A stretch of 32,692 bases of DNA from the sequence record SRR22947727_793; one strand, given 5' to 3'. Positions 18,355 through 27,893 of the stretch are shown here, piece by piece (the stretch's first letter is position 1; each line of letters starts with the position of its first letter). The notes under the pieces were generated by a model that had not been told where the DNA came from, did not search any database, and worked only from the letters and a program-made list of their open reading frames with translations. The position numbers and the translations under genes were made by a program.

Positions 18355-19880
18355 TGGCAAGTGAAACCGTTCATCATACCGCGATGACGCTCAGCGAGCA
18401 TTTGCCGATCCTAGAAATTCTGGTGCCCTTCGTCGCGGCACCCCTGATTGTGTTCATTGGCCGCCGCGATCTGGCTTGGCCGATCGCCTTTATCGCCAGC
18501 GCCGCCTCCTTTGTGATCGCGGGAATGCTGTTAAGCCAAGTGATTGATGGCTCTGTTATTTCTTATCAATTGGGGGGCTGGGCGCCACCTTTGGGCATCG
18601 AATACCGCGTCGACACGGCCAATGCATTCGTGCTGCTGCTGGTCTCGGGGATCAGCACCTTAGTGTTGCCCTATGCCAAAGCCAGCGTGGCGCGGGAATT
18701 GCCCGAAAGCGCGCAGACGCTGTTTTACGCGCTGTTTTTGCTTTGTTTCACGGGGCTTCTGGGCGTTACGATTACAGGCGATGCCTTCAATGTGTTCGTG
18801 TTTTTGGAAATCTCATCGCTGTCTACCTATGTGTTGATCGCGCAGGGCGCACATCGTGATAAGCGGGCACTGACCGCCTCGTATAACTATCTGATCATGG
18901 GCACGATAGGCGCCACCTTCTTTGTGATTGGCGTTGGCTTTCTTTATATGGCCACCGGCACGTTGAATATGGCCGATCTCGCAGATCGCATCGAAAACCA
19001 ATATGATAGCCGTACCGTGCGCGCCGCCTTTGCCTTCATCATGGTGGGCATGGGGTTAAAAGTGGCAATCTTCCCACTGCATTTATGGCTGCCCAATGCC
19101 TATACATACGCCCCCTCAGCAATCACCAGCTTTCTCGCCGCAACGGCCACAAAAGTGGCTATCTATGTGATGCTGCGATTCCTGTTCAGCGTCTTTCAGC
19201 CAGGGTTTCTGGCCGAAGTGCCAACGCTTGATCTTATTCTTTACCCTTTTGCAATTTTGGCGATGTTCGCTGCGTCTTACACGGCGATTTTGCAGCGTGA
19301 TCTCAAGCGCATGCTGGCCTATTCCAGCATCGGGCAAGTGGGATATATGCTTTTGGGCATCGCGCTGCTGTCAGAAAGCGGGTTGATGGCAACGATGATC
19401 CATCTGTTCAACCACGGCATCACAAAAGCCGCGCTTTTCATGGGGGTGGGCGTCTATGTGCTGAATGGCGGCGGGTCGTTTTACCATAACTTACGCGGAC
19501 GCGGAAAAACCATGCCTTGGACCAGCGCCGCGATGGTGGTGGCTGGGCTGTCTTTGATCGGCGTTCCAGGCACGGCCGGTTTTCTGAGCAAATGGCTTTT
19601 GGTTGAAGCCACATTGGAGCAAGGCCTCTGGCCAATCGCTTTGTTGATCGTGGCCTCGTCTTTGCTGGCTGTGATCTATGTGTGGAAATTGATCGAAACG
19701 CTGTATTTGGCGCAACCTGCCGAGGGCCTGCAAGACCAAAACGTGCCCTTAATGATGATGATCCCACTTTGGGTTATGGCGTTAGCCTGCATCTATTTTG
19801 GCTTTGACACAGACATCACGCTCAGCGCAGCGCGCAGCGCAGCGGAAGGTCTTTTGGCCGGATCCGCAGGGATGCGCTAG
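18351..19880 (+). CDS. mrpD: Mrp antiporter subunit D (first antiporter-like subunit)
   Basis: GGWAPPLGIE, GDAFNVFVFLEI, LKVAIFPLHLWLPNAY, ATKVA, GFLSKW. Confidence 0.93.
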   Translation: MMASETVHHTAMTLSEHLPILEILVPFVAAPLIVFIGRRDLAWPIAFIASAASFVIAGMLLSQVIDGSVISYQLGGWAPPLGIEYRVDTANAFVLLLVSGISTLVLPYAKASVARELPESAQTLFYALFLLCFTGLLGVTITGDAFNVFVFLEISSLSTYVLIAQGAHRDKRALTASYNYLIMGTIGATFFVIGVGFLYMATGTLNMADLADRIENQYDSRTVRAAFAFIMVGMGLKVAIFPLHLWLPNAYTYAPSAITSFLAATATKVAIYVMLRFLFSVFQPGFLAEVPTLDLILYPFAILAMFAASYTAILQRDLKRMLAYSSIGQVGYMLLGIALLSESGLMATMIHLFNHGITKAALFMGVGVYVLNGGGSFYHNLRGRGKTMPWTSAAMVVAGLSLIGVPGTAGFLSKWLLVEATLEQGLWPIALLIVASSLLAVIYVWKLIETLYLAQPAEGLQDQNVPLMMMIPLWVMALACIYFGFDTDITLSAARSAAEGLLAGSAGMR

Positions 19881-19886
19881 GGGTAT

Positions 19887-21359
19887 ATGGCAATGGAAAC
19901 ATCCTTCGCAATTCTGCTTTCAATGCTGCTGCCCGGCGCGGCTGTTCTCAGCAATATGCTGCTGCGCAACAGCCCCGATCTGCGCGACGGGCTGACATTG
20001 GGTGCCGCGATTGCCACCTTCATGGTGGTGCTGAATATTTTGGCCAATGTGGGCAATACAACCACAGAAACCTTTACTTTCCTGACGGTTATGCCGGGTC
20101 TGGAATTGGCCTTCAATGTTGAGCCTTTGGGCTTGATGTTTGCGCTCTTGGCCTCGGTGCTATGGATCGTCACGCATCTCTATGGCCTTGGCTATATGCG
20201 CGGCAATAATGAAGACAATCATGCAAGATTCTTTGCCTGTTTCTCTTTCGCTATTTTTTCGGTGATGGGCATCGCTTTTGCCGCCAATATGTTTACCCTC
20301 TTTCTATTTTATGAGGCGCTGACGCTCTCAACCTATCCGCTGGTGGCGCATAAGGGCAATATGGCTGCGATCAAGGGCGCGCGCACCTATCTGGGTATTT
20401 TGATCGGTACGTCCATCGGCTTGCAATTGGTGGCGATCATCTGGACCTACGCGGTTGCAGGCACGCTTGATTTTGCAAAAGGCGGCATTTTGCAAGGGCT
20501 GATCGCGGGCCCCAGCGTTGCCATCCTGCTGGCACTTTACGCCTTTGGCATTGGCAAAGCCGCACTGATGCCTTTTCACCGCTGGCTGCCCGCGGCGATG
20601 GTCGCGCCGACACCGGTGAGCGCTTTGCTGCACGCCGTTGCCGTTGTGAAAGCCGGCGTCTTTACCATGCTGAAAGTTGGGATCTATATCTTTGGCATCG
20701 AGTTTCTAGCAGAAAGCGGCGCCTCAACCTGGTTGATGTGGCTCGCGGCCTTCTCGATCCTGGCCGCTTCTGTCATTGCCATGACCAAAGATAATTTAAA
20801 GGCGCGGCTCGCGTACTCCACGATCAGCCAATTGTCTTACATCACGCTGGGCGTGGCGTTGGCCAGTTCCATGGGGATATTGGGCGGCGGGCTGCATGTG
20901 GTCATGCATGCGATGGGTAAAATCACCTTATTCATGTGCGCTGGCTCGATCTATGTTGCCACCCACCGCACTGAAATCAGCCAGATGACCGGTTTGGGGC
21001 GGCGTATGCCGATCACTTTTATCGCCTTTTTGATCGGTGCCTTATCGATCATTGGTTTACCACCTTTAGGCGGCTCTTGGAGTAAATGGCTGCTGATGGT
21101 GGGTGCAGTGGATGCCGAACATCTGTTTATACTGGGCGTTTTGCTGGTGAGCTCTCTGTTGAACGTGGCCTATTTGCTGCCGTTGGTGGCAAAGGGGTTT
21201 TTCTTGAGCAACGATACAGATGCCGAACTGGCGCAATCTGCAGAGGCCTCGCCGCTTGTCTGGGGGCCCCCAGCAGCAACCGCCTTTGGCTGCGTGGTGC
21301 TGTTTTTCTATGCCGGGCATATTCAAGATTTTCTAATGCCGATCGTGGCCACAAATTAA
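19887..21359 (+). CDS. Second antiporter-like subunit (MrpA/NuoL-type core)
   Basis: FLFYEALTLSTYPL, GKAALMPFHRWLPAAMVAPTPVSALLHAVAVVKAG, LKARLAYSTISQL, HAMGKITLFM.AG. Confidence 0.9.
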   Translation: MAMETSFAILLSMLLPGAAVLSNMLLRNSPDLRDGLTLGAAIATFMVVLNILANVGNTTTETFTFLTVMPGLELAFNVEPLGLMFALLASVLWIVTHLYGLGYMRGNNEDNHARFFACFSFAIFSVMGIAFAANMFTLFLFYEALTLSTYPLVAHKGNMAAIKGARTYLGILIGTSIGLQLVAIIWTYAVAGTLDFAKGGILQGLIAGPSVAILLALYAFGIGKAALMPFHRWLPAAMVAPTPVSALLHAVAVVKAGVFTMLKVGIYIFGIEFLAESGASTWLMWLAAFSILAASVIAMTKDNLKARLAYSTISQLSYITLGVALASSMGILGGGLHVVMHAMGKITLFMCAGSIYVATHRTEISQMTGLGRRMPITFIAFLIGALSIIGLPPLGGSWSKWLLMVGAVDAEHLFILGVLLVSSLLNVAYLLPLVAKGFFLSNDTDAELAQSAEASPLVWGPPAATAFGCVVLFFYAGHIQDFLMPIVATN

Positions 21360-21369
21360 GGAGGCGCAA

Positions 21370-21717
21370 ATGGATAAGAACCATCCCGAAGACACCAGCG
21401 GATATAGCCCCCTTGCGAAACTGTTCGTGTGGTTTGCAACGCCGGCCAATGCGAATAAAATTTTTGCCGCGCTTATTGCGCTGTGCCTGCTGCTGTTTCT
21501 GTCAGATTTTACCTATAAGAAATACGGCCATTTCCCGATCGAAAAGATCCCCGGATTTTACGGCGCCTACGGGTTTATCATGTTCACCGCGTTGATTTTA
21601 GCCGCCAAAACGCTGCGCCTCTTCATCAAACGCGACGAGACATATTATGGCGAAAAATCAGTCGATCGCGAAGAATATCCGGCCGATCAATTGGAGATGG
21701 GGCAACATAATGATTGA
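21370..21717 (+). CDS. Small two-TM membrane protein embedded in the mrp operon
   Basis: Strong SD AGGAGG; two hydrophobic segments flanking HFPIEKIPGFYG; overlaps the next gene's start. Confidence 0.85.
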   Translation: MDKNHPEDTSGYSPLAKLFVWFATPANANKIFAALIALCLLLFLSDFTYKKYGHFPIEKIPGFYGAYGFIMFTALILAAKTLRLFIKRDETYYGEKSVDREEYPADQLEMGQHND

Positions 21718-23404
21718 GGCGATGCCAACGTTCTATCTCTTTGTTCTGGCCGCGCTGGGCGCCGGCCTGTTGCCCAAAGGATCCATGCGGGCGGCGCTTT
21801 TGCTACTTGTACCGGTTCTGGCAGCGCTTCAGATCTGGTCCTTGCCCGAAGGAAACCTTTATCAGGTTGAACTGTTGGGTCAGCAACTTGAGCTGATGCG
21901 GGTGGATAAACTGTCGCGCGTTTTTGGGCTGATTTTCTGTATTGCCGCGTTTTTGGGCAATCTCTACGCATGGCATATCAAAGATACCGTGCAGCAAATT
22001 GCCGCCGTGCTTTATTCTGGTTCGGCGATCGGAGCGGTTTTTGCCGGGGATCTGGTGACGCTGTTTTTTTACTGGGAAGGCACCGCGATTGCATCGGTAT
22101 TCTTGATCTGGGCGCGGCGCACTGAGGGCGCGTATCATACCGGGATGCGCTATCTGATCATTCAAATCACCTCGGGTGTGATTTTGCTGGCGGGCACAGC
22201 GCTGCTATATCGCGAAACAGGCTCTATTGCCTTTGAGCAAATGACGCTTGGATCCTTGGCCACTTGGCTAATCTTTTTATCCTTTGGGATGAAATGCGCT
22301 TTTCCGTTTTTGCACAATTGGTTGCAAGACAGCTACCCCGCCGCCACCATCACCGGCACGGTGATCCTTTCTGCCTTTACCACCAAATTAGCCGTTTATG
22401 CTTTGGCCCGCGGCTTTGCCGGCACTGAAATGCTAATTTATATCGGCGCTGTGATGACGCTGTTTCCAATTTTCTTTGCCGAAATTGAAAACGATCTGCG
22501 CCGCGTTCTGGCCTATAGTTTGAACAACCAGCTGGGCTTTATGGTGGTGGGCATTGGTGTTGGAACCGAAATGGCCCTGAACGGCACCGCCTCTCACGCT
22601 TTCGCGCATATTCTGTACAAAGCACTTTTGTTCATGAGCGTCGGCGCGGTGCTGTTGCGAACCGGCACGTCAAAAGCCTCAGAGCTGGGCGGGCTCTGCC
22701 GTACCATGCCGCGTACGGCCCTGTTTTGTTTGATCGGAGCCGCCTCAATTTCGGCTTTCCCGCTTTTCTCTGGATTTGTCACCAAATCTTTGATTATGGA
22801 TGAGACCGCAAACGAACATTATCCAATCATATGGGCCATCTTGGTATTTGCCTCGGCTGGTGTTCTATCACATTCAGGGATTAAGATCCCGTATTTCACC
22901 TTTTTTGGCCATGACAGTGGATTGCGCCCCAAAGAAGCCCCATGGAACATGCAGCTGGCGATGGGGATTACCGCGTTTCTGTGCATTTTCATTGGGGTTT
23001 ACCCCGATCCGCTCTACGCGCTTTTGCCCTATGACGTGGTTTATAAACCCTACACAACCAATCACGTGATTGCCCAATTGCAATTGCTATGCTTTGCGTT
23101 ATTGGCTTTTGCAGTTCTAATGCGCAGCGGTATTCATCCACCCGAAATACGCGCGGTGAACTTGGATGTTGATTGGATCTATCGACGCTTGATCCCAAAG
23201 CTTTACCGCCCGATTGCCGCGTTGATTGGCTCGATTTGGACCGCGTTAAGCGAGGCGGCTTTGAAAAACCTTGGGCAGTTTCAGAATTTGTTATACCGCT
23301 GGCACAGCCCGGAAACCGGAATGGCCCGCGTGCGGCCAACCGGCGCTATGGTGATTTGGGTTGCGATCCTATTGGCGGTGACTTTGATCGCCAGTTATTT
23401 TTAA
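21710..23404 (+). CDS. Third antiporter-like subunit (MrpD family, with C-terminal extension)
   Basis: FFYWEG, MKCAFPFLHNWLQDSYP, FTTKLAVY, HAFAHILYKALLFM, GFVTKS; tail LDVDWIY plus amphipathic segment and a final TM; GGAG SD before ATG 21710. Confidence 0.9.
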   Translation: MIEAMPTFYLFVLAALGAGLLPKGSMRAALLLLVPVLAALQIWSLPEGNLYQVELLGQQLELMRVDKLSRVFGLIFCIAAFLGNLYAWHIKDTVQQIAAVLYSGSAIGAVFAGDLVTLFFYWEGTAIASVFLIWARRTEGAYHTGMRYLIIQITSGVILLAGTALLYRETGSIAFEQMTLGSLATWLIFLSFGMKCAFPFLHNWLQDSYPAATITGTVILSAFTTKLAVYALARGFAGTEMLIYIGAVMTLFPIFFAEIENDLRRVLAYSLNNQLGFMVVGIGVGTEMALNGTASHAFAHILYKALLFMSVGAVLLRTGTSKASELGGLCRTMPRTALFCLIGAASISAFPLFSGFVTKSLIMDETANEHYPIIWAILVFASAGVLSHSGIKIPYFTFFGHDSGLRPKEAPWNMQLAMGITAFLCIFIGVYPDPLYALLPYDVVYKPYTTNHVIAQLQLLCFALLAFAVLMRSGIHPPEIRAVNLDVDWIYRRLIPKLYRPIAALIGSIWTALSEAALKNLGQFQNLLYRWHSPETGMARVRPTGAMVIWVAILLAVTLIASYF

Positions 23405-23656
23405 AAGCGCTTAACGTTTAACCAACCATCCACCGCATGAAAGCCCCAAAGCCAAAGCCTAAAATCAGAGCCTTAAATCTTAGCAAAAAACCACCTCAGG
23501 GTTTTCAAATAGGCATCGGGTTTGCGCCATGGCAGCGGCAGAATTGCCGCGCTTAAGACAAAATAAAAACATATTTTATGCGTAAACCACCTCGTAAGAG
23601 TTTGTTAAAGCCTTGTTGTTATTGCTGGGGCTTGCGCGGCTTAAGGTCGTTTATCG

Positions 23657-24328
23657 ATGATAGAGTTTCGGAATGTCAGTAAATCCTTTTGGACGGGCAC
23701 GCGCCGAAAAATCATTCTGAATAATGTGTCTTTCCGGGTAGAGCTGGGGCTATCTTTGGGCATTTTAGCCTCAAATGGCACGGGCAAAACAACCTAAATC
23801 AATATGATCGCGGGGTTGGAAAAACCGGATGAGGGCCAGATCACGCGGGCCTGCAATATATCCTTTCCTCTGGGGTTTATGGGCGGCGTTGTTCCCAAAC
23901 ATACGGGCCAAGAAAATGCGCGCTATATCGCCAAACTCTATGGGATGGATCCAAATTTTGTAGAGGCGTTTTGCCGCTGGTTATGCGGTTTAGAAGAATA
24001 TTTTGACCAGCCGCTTGGCACTTATTCTTCTGGTATGCGCGCGCGATTTACGTTTTCGCTGATGCTGGCGATGGATTTTGACGTCTATCTGATCGATGAA
24101 GGCATGCCCACCAGCACGGATGTCGAGTTTAACCGAAAAGCTGGTGAAATCTTAGCGGAACGCTTGCAAAGCACCACCACCATTGTGGTCTCGCATCAAG
24201 CAGAGGTGCTGGAACAATATGCGCAAAAAGCCGCCGTGCTTACCGTTGGCTCTTTATATTTCTTTGACAGTTTAGGCGACGCGAAAAACCGCTGCAGGCG
24301 CCCCCCTCATCGCCGCAAAAAACCTTAA
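23657..24328 (+). pseudogene. kpsT: KpsT-like polysaccharide-export ABC ATPase with in-frame nonsense codon and aberrant 3' end
   Basis: ATG 23657 reads MIEFRNVSKSFWTG..LASNGTGKTT*(TAA 23795-23797)INMIAG; then YSSGMRARFTF, YLIDEG, VSHQ. The downstream 174-aa ORF lacks Walker A. Confidence 0.85.
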
Positions 24329-24453
24329 GAGAAGACGCTCCAAAACCCCCGAATATTTCGCTTTCACCACATCAAAAATCGCCAGCCGGCACGCCGCATG
24401 CATTTCCAAATGCAGCCCAAAGGAGCGAAGAGATTTCAGCGCTGCAAAACAGC

Positions 24454-25557
24454 ATGACGCGGCGACGGCGACGTCTAATCCAAAAGCTAATCCTGCGCCT
24501 AAGCATCTTTATTCTTCTGCCAACATTGGCCGCAGGCTATTATTACAGCTTCATTGCAACGCCAATGTTTGCCACGGACACGGCCTTCCAAATCACCACG
24601 GGTGATAGCACAAATCCAAGCTCACCTTCTATGTTTGGCGGCGGTCAATTCGCCACAACGCCCGATGCCATCGCAGTGCAAACCTATCTCCAATCAAAAG
24701 AAGCGATGATTCGCCTACAAGATAATGAAGGGTTTAAGGCCACCTTCTCGGATCCCACAATTGATTGGTGGCAACGTTTGCCTACAGAGGCTTCATTTGA
24801 AGAAACGTATAAAACCTATCTCAAGCATATCAAAATCGCCTTTGACCCCACCGAGGGCATGATCAATATGGAGATCAGCTCCCCCTCGCCCGAATTGAGC
24901 GTGTTATTTTCAAAAGCGCTTCTGACCTATGCCGAGCAAAAAATCGATGGGCTTTCGCAGCGCAAACAAGAAAATCAATTGTCTGATGCCCGCAAATCTT
25001 TGGCGACGGCAGAAGACGCGCGCGTAGACGCGCAGCGGCACTTAATTGCCTTGCAACAATCCACGCTTCTTGATCCAGAGGCCTATGCCACAAGCCTTCG
25101 AGCGCAAATCAGCGGGCTTGAAGAAAAAGCACTGCAAAAAACCATCGAGCTTCAGGCGTTTCTGGATAATGCCAATCCCAATAGCAGCCGCATTGCGGGC
25201 TTGCGCGCCGAAATCCAGCGCCTCCAAAATGCCAAACGCGAAACCGAGGCAAAAATGATTGCGCAAATGCCCAATGGGATGACGTTGCCCGAGTTGCTTG
25301 CGCGTTTGCAAATGGCCGCTTCTGACGTTGCGACGCGTGATTTGATGCTGCAATCCGCTTTAGAGCAGCTGCGCGCAACGCAAATTCAAGCCACATCGCA
25401 ATCGCGCTATCTTACAGTCGCGGTAGAGCCTATTGCACCGCAAGATCCGGCCTATCCCAGGCATATTCATGATACGCTTCTGGTGTTTTTGATCCTTTCA
25501 GGCGTGTATCTCATAATTTCAATCACGGCGTCCATTTTATGCGAACAAATCTCATAA
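24454..25557 (+). CDS. KpsE-like capsule export inner-membrane protein (polysaccharide co-polymerase), probably 5'-truncated
   Basis: N-terminal TM (FILLPTLAAGYYY..IATPMF), YLQSKEAM.RL, coiled coils, RYL..VEP.AP....YPR and C-terminal TM. The frame is open upstream to 24268 with no start codon. Confidence 0.75.
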   Translation: MTRRRRRLIQKLILRLSIFILLPTLAAGYYYSFIATPMFATDTAFQITTGDSTNPSSPSMFGGGQFATTPDAIAVQTYLQSKEAMIRLQDNEGFKATFSDPTIDWWQRLPTEASFEETYKTYLKHIKIAFDPTEGMINMEISSPSPELSVLFSKALLTYAEQKIDGLSQRKQENQLSDARKSLATAEDARVDAQRHLIALQQSTLLDPEAYATSLRAQISGLEEKALQKTIELQAFLDNANPNSSRIAGLRAEIQRLQNAKRETEAKMIAQMPNGMTLPELLARLQMAASDVATRDLMLQSALEQLRATQIQATSQSRYLTVAVEPIAPQDPAYPRHIHDTLLVFLILSGVYLIISITASILCEQIS

Positions 25558-25598
25558 TCAGAACAAATACCTCAGGCCCGGATGCAGCGCATACCACC

Positions 25599-27787
25599 TT
25601 AAAGCAGGCGTGCGCGCAAGCGCTGTTGATGAAAATGGCGTAACTGATCCACTACCGACTGAAGGCGCACCGGCTTACTTAAATAATGATCCATGCCAGC
25701 GGCTAAAATGCGCGTTTCATCCCCCGGCATAGCATCGGCTGTTAAGGCAATGATCGGCGTATATACCCCGCGAACTTCATCCAAACCACGGATCACTTTT
25801 GCCGCTTGCAACCCATCAAGCTTGGGCATTGAAATATCCGTAAAAATAATGTCAGGGGGCTGTGCTTTATAAAGATCAACCGCGTGCTGCCCATCGCAAG
25901 CCACTCTCAAACTTACGCCAAAGCGCTGCATCATTTTGGCAAAAATCAACCTGTTGGTTTTATTATCTTCTGCGAGAAGGACCCGCAATTGGAAGGTTTC
26001 AGACCTCTCATCCTTGATGCCAGCAGGATTGCCCGCCTGTAACTGAACGGCGGATTGCGCAGGTTGGATGGCGGCCTTTGGCTTTTGCAACGCTTTTAAC
26101 AGGCTTAAACGAGAAAAAACCAGCTCAGATGAAAGCGCCGGCGCCGCCAGATCAGTTTGTGCCCCCGCGGAACCCTTGCTTAAAAAAATGCTTTTTGCTG
26201 CCATTTTATCCGCGATGCGGGGCGGTGCCTGTTGCAGTAACACCTCTATTTTCGATTGTTCCTGTTCGGCAAATAATATGGCTGAGGTTTTCGCCGTGAC
26301 CACCCGCAACACGGCCTGAACGGATCGAACCCGTTTGACCTTGCCACCCAACCCAACGATTTGATTGCGAAGAATGCGCCATTTAATTGGGCATTTTGAC
26401 ATGACAAGAATATGCGATAATTGCGGCTTGACGACGTGCCATTCATCCTGCGCCGGCTTGCAGGGTTGCGGTTCGATCGTAAAGCCAACGTCAGCCCCTC
26501 CGCAAGCTGACGCCTCAACCCAAATATCACCTCCCATCAACGAGACCAGTTTTTGGCAAATCGCCAAACCCAATCCTGTGCCCTCGCCGCCTAGATTTTC
26601 CGATCGCTTTGGCGTTTTCGATTGTAATTGGGTAAATTCTTGAAAAACATTCTTCCTTTGATCGGGCGGAATACCAACCCCTGTATCAATCACGCAGATC
26701 TGTAACTTGCAGGAATGGCTTTCTGCTCGGAACAGTTTTTTAACCCCAATCGCGATATGACCGTGAGATGTAAATTTTAAAGCGTTTCCAATAAGATTTA
26801 TCATAATTTGCCGTATCCGGCCCGGATCACCAATAAAATCAGTTTCGCATGCGCCGTCATAATCCAAAAAAAGCGGCAAACCTTTGGCTTGTGCTTTATG
26901 CGATAAAACAGACAGCACATCATGGATCGCTACCTCAAGGTTAAATTTTTGGCGGCGCAACGTTAAGCGATCTGCCTCCATCATTGAGTAATCCAGCACA
27001 TCTTTCAAAATCACCAAAAGCGATTCACTGGAGGTTTTAATCGTGTCTGTAAATAGCTTTTGCTCTTTGCTAAGCGCCTTAGACGAAAGCAAATCAGCCA
27101 TCCCGACCACCCCATGCAAGGGCGTGCGGATTTCATGGCTGATATTGGCCAAGAATGAAGCCTTTGCCCGCATATTTGCCTCGGCGGTTTTGCGCGCGGT
27201 TTTCATAACTGTCTTATAGCGCAAGGCCGCCGTCACATCATGCGCCAGACTAACCATATCACCCATTGGGCCCCGCTGATCGATCAGACGCAACATTTGG
27301 CCATTCCACAATTTTATATTTTTTGGTTTCGGCTGCGGTGCTTGCCAGCGCTGCAGCATCATCTGCCGCCACTGCGCCGCGCCCAAATGGCCAGTATCAA
27401 CAATACCTTCTTGCGTTAAAAAAGATAAAATATCCGAATATGAAACCCCTGGGCGCATCGCCTGCAAACCATCAAAGATTGAAAAATAAGCCGAATTAGC
27501 AATCAATAACCGCGAAGATGCGTCAAAAACAGCAAAGCCATTTTTTGCGTTTCTAAGGCTAGAAAAAGCCGTTGTTCGGCAATCTGCACCTGGTGCGTGG
27601 CAACGCCTAAATCAGAGATCACCCGCTCATTTTGGCTGCGAACCGTATCAATCTCAACGCTCAGCGCTTCAGCGCGCAGCCCAAGCTTCTGGTTTACCAA
27701 CGACAATTCGGCCTGCTTTAAGATCGGCAGGCGTTCTACGCTTAGGCGCGCGCGGCGCTCAGCAATAAGTTGGCGAGCCAAAGTCAT
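25599..27787 (-). pseudogene. Hybrid sensor histidine kinase (coiled coil/PAS-like, HisKA, HATPase, degenerate REC, REC) split by a frameshift
   Basis: FLANISHEIRTPL, NLIGNALKFT, DTGVGI, GTGLGLAI, LLAEDN..DISMP..KP. The 94-aa ORF (27503-27787) joins the 635-aa ORF if one A is added to the A6 run at 27541-27546, giving ETQKNGFAVFDASSRLLIANSAY. Confidence 0.8.
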
Positions 27788-27843
27788 CGCTGGGATCTCT
27801 TAGGAACGATGCGATCAATCGCAAGAAAATATCCCAAGCTATC

Positions 27844-27858
27844 TTAAAAACTGTTTAA
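27844..27858. promoter_or_regulatory. Candidate CtrA-binding site
   Basis: TTAA-AAACTGT-TTAA (TTAA-N7-TTAA) 57 bp upstream of the kinase start, with a TTAAC half-site near 27875. Confidence 0.55.
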
Positions 27859-27893
27859 AACCCGCATATCCTGTTTAACAAAAATGGCCTTGA

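Noticed and set aside
19823-19845. CAGCG/GCGCA short repeats at the end of mrpD
   Set aside because: Low-complexity Ala/Ser/Arg codons in frame, not an array.
15763-23404. Interpretation as a membrane-bound hydrogenase or complex I module
   Set aside because: No NuoH-like, Fe-S or hydrogenase catalytic subunit genes lie in or beside the operon.
23488-23593. AAACCACCTC direct repeat (two copies, about 96 bp apart) upstream of kpsT
   Set aside because: Only 10 bp and two copies; not CRISPR-like and compatible with chance.
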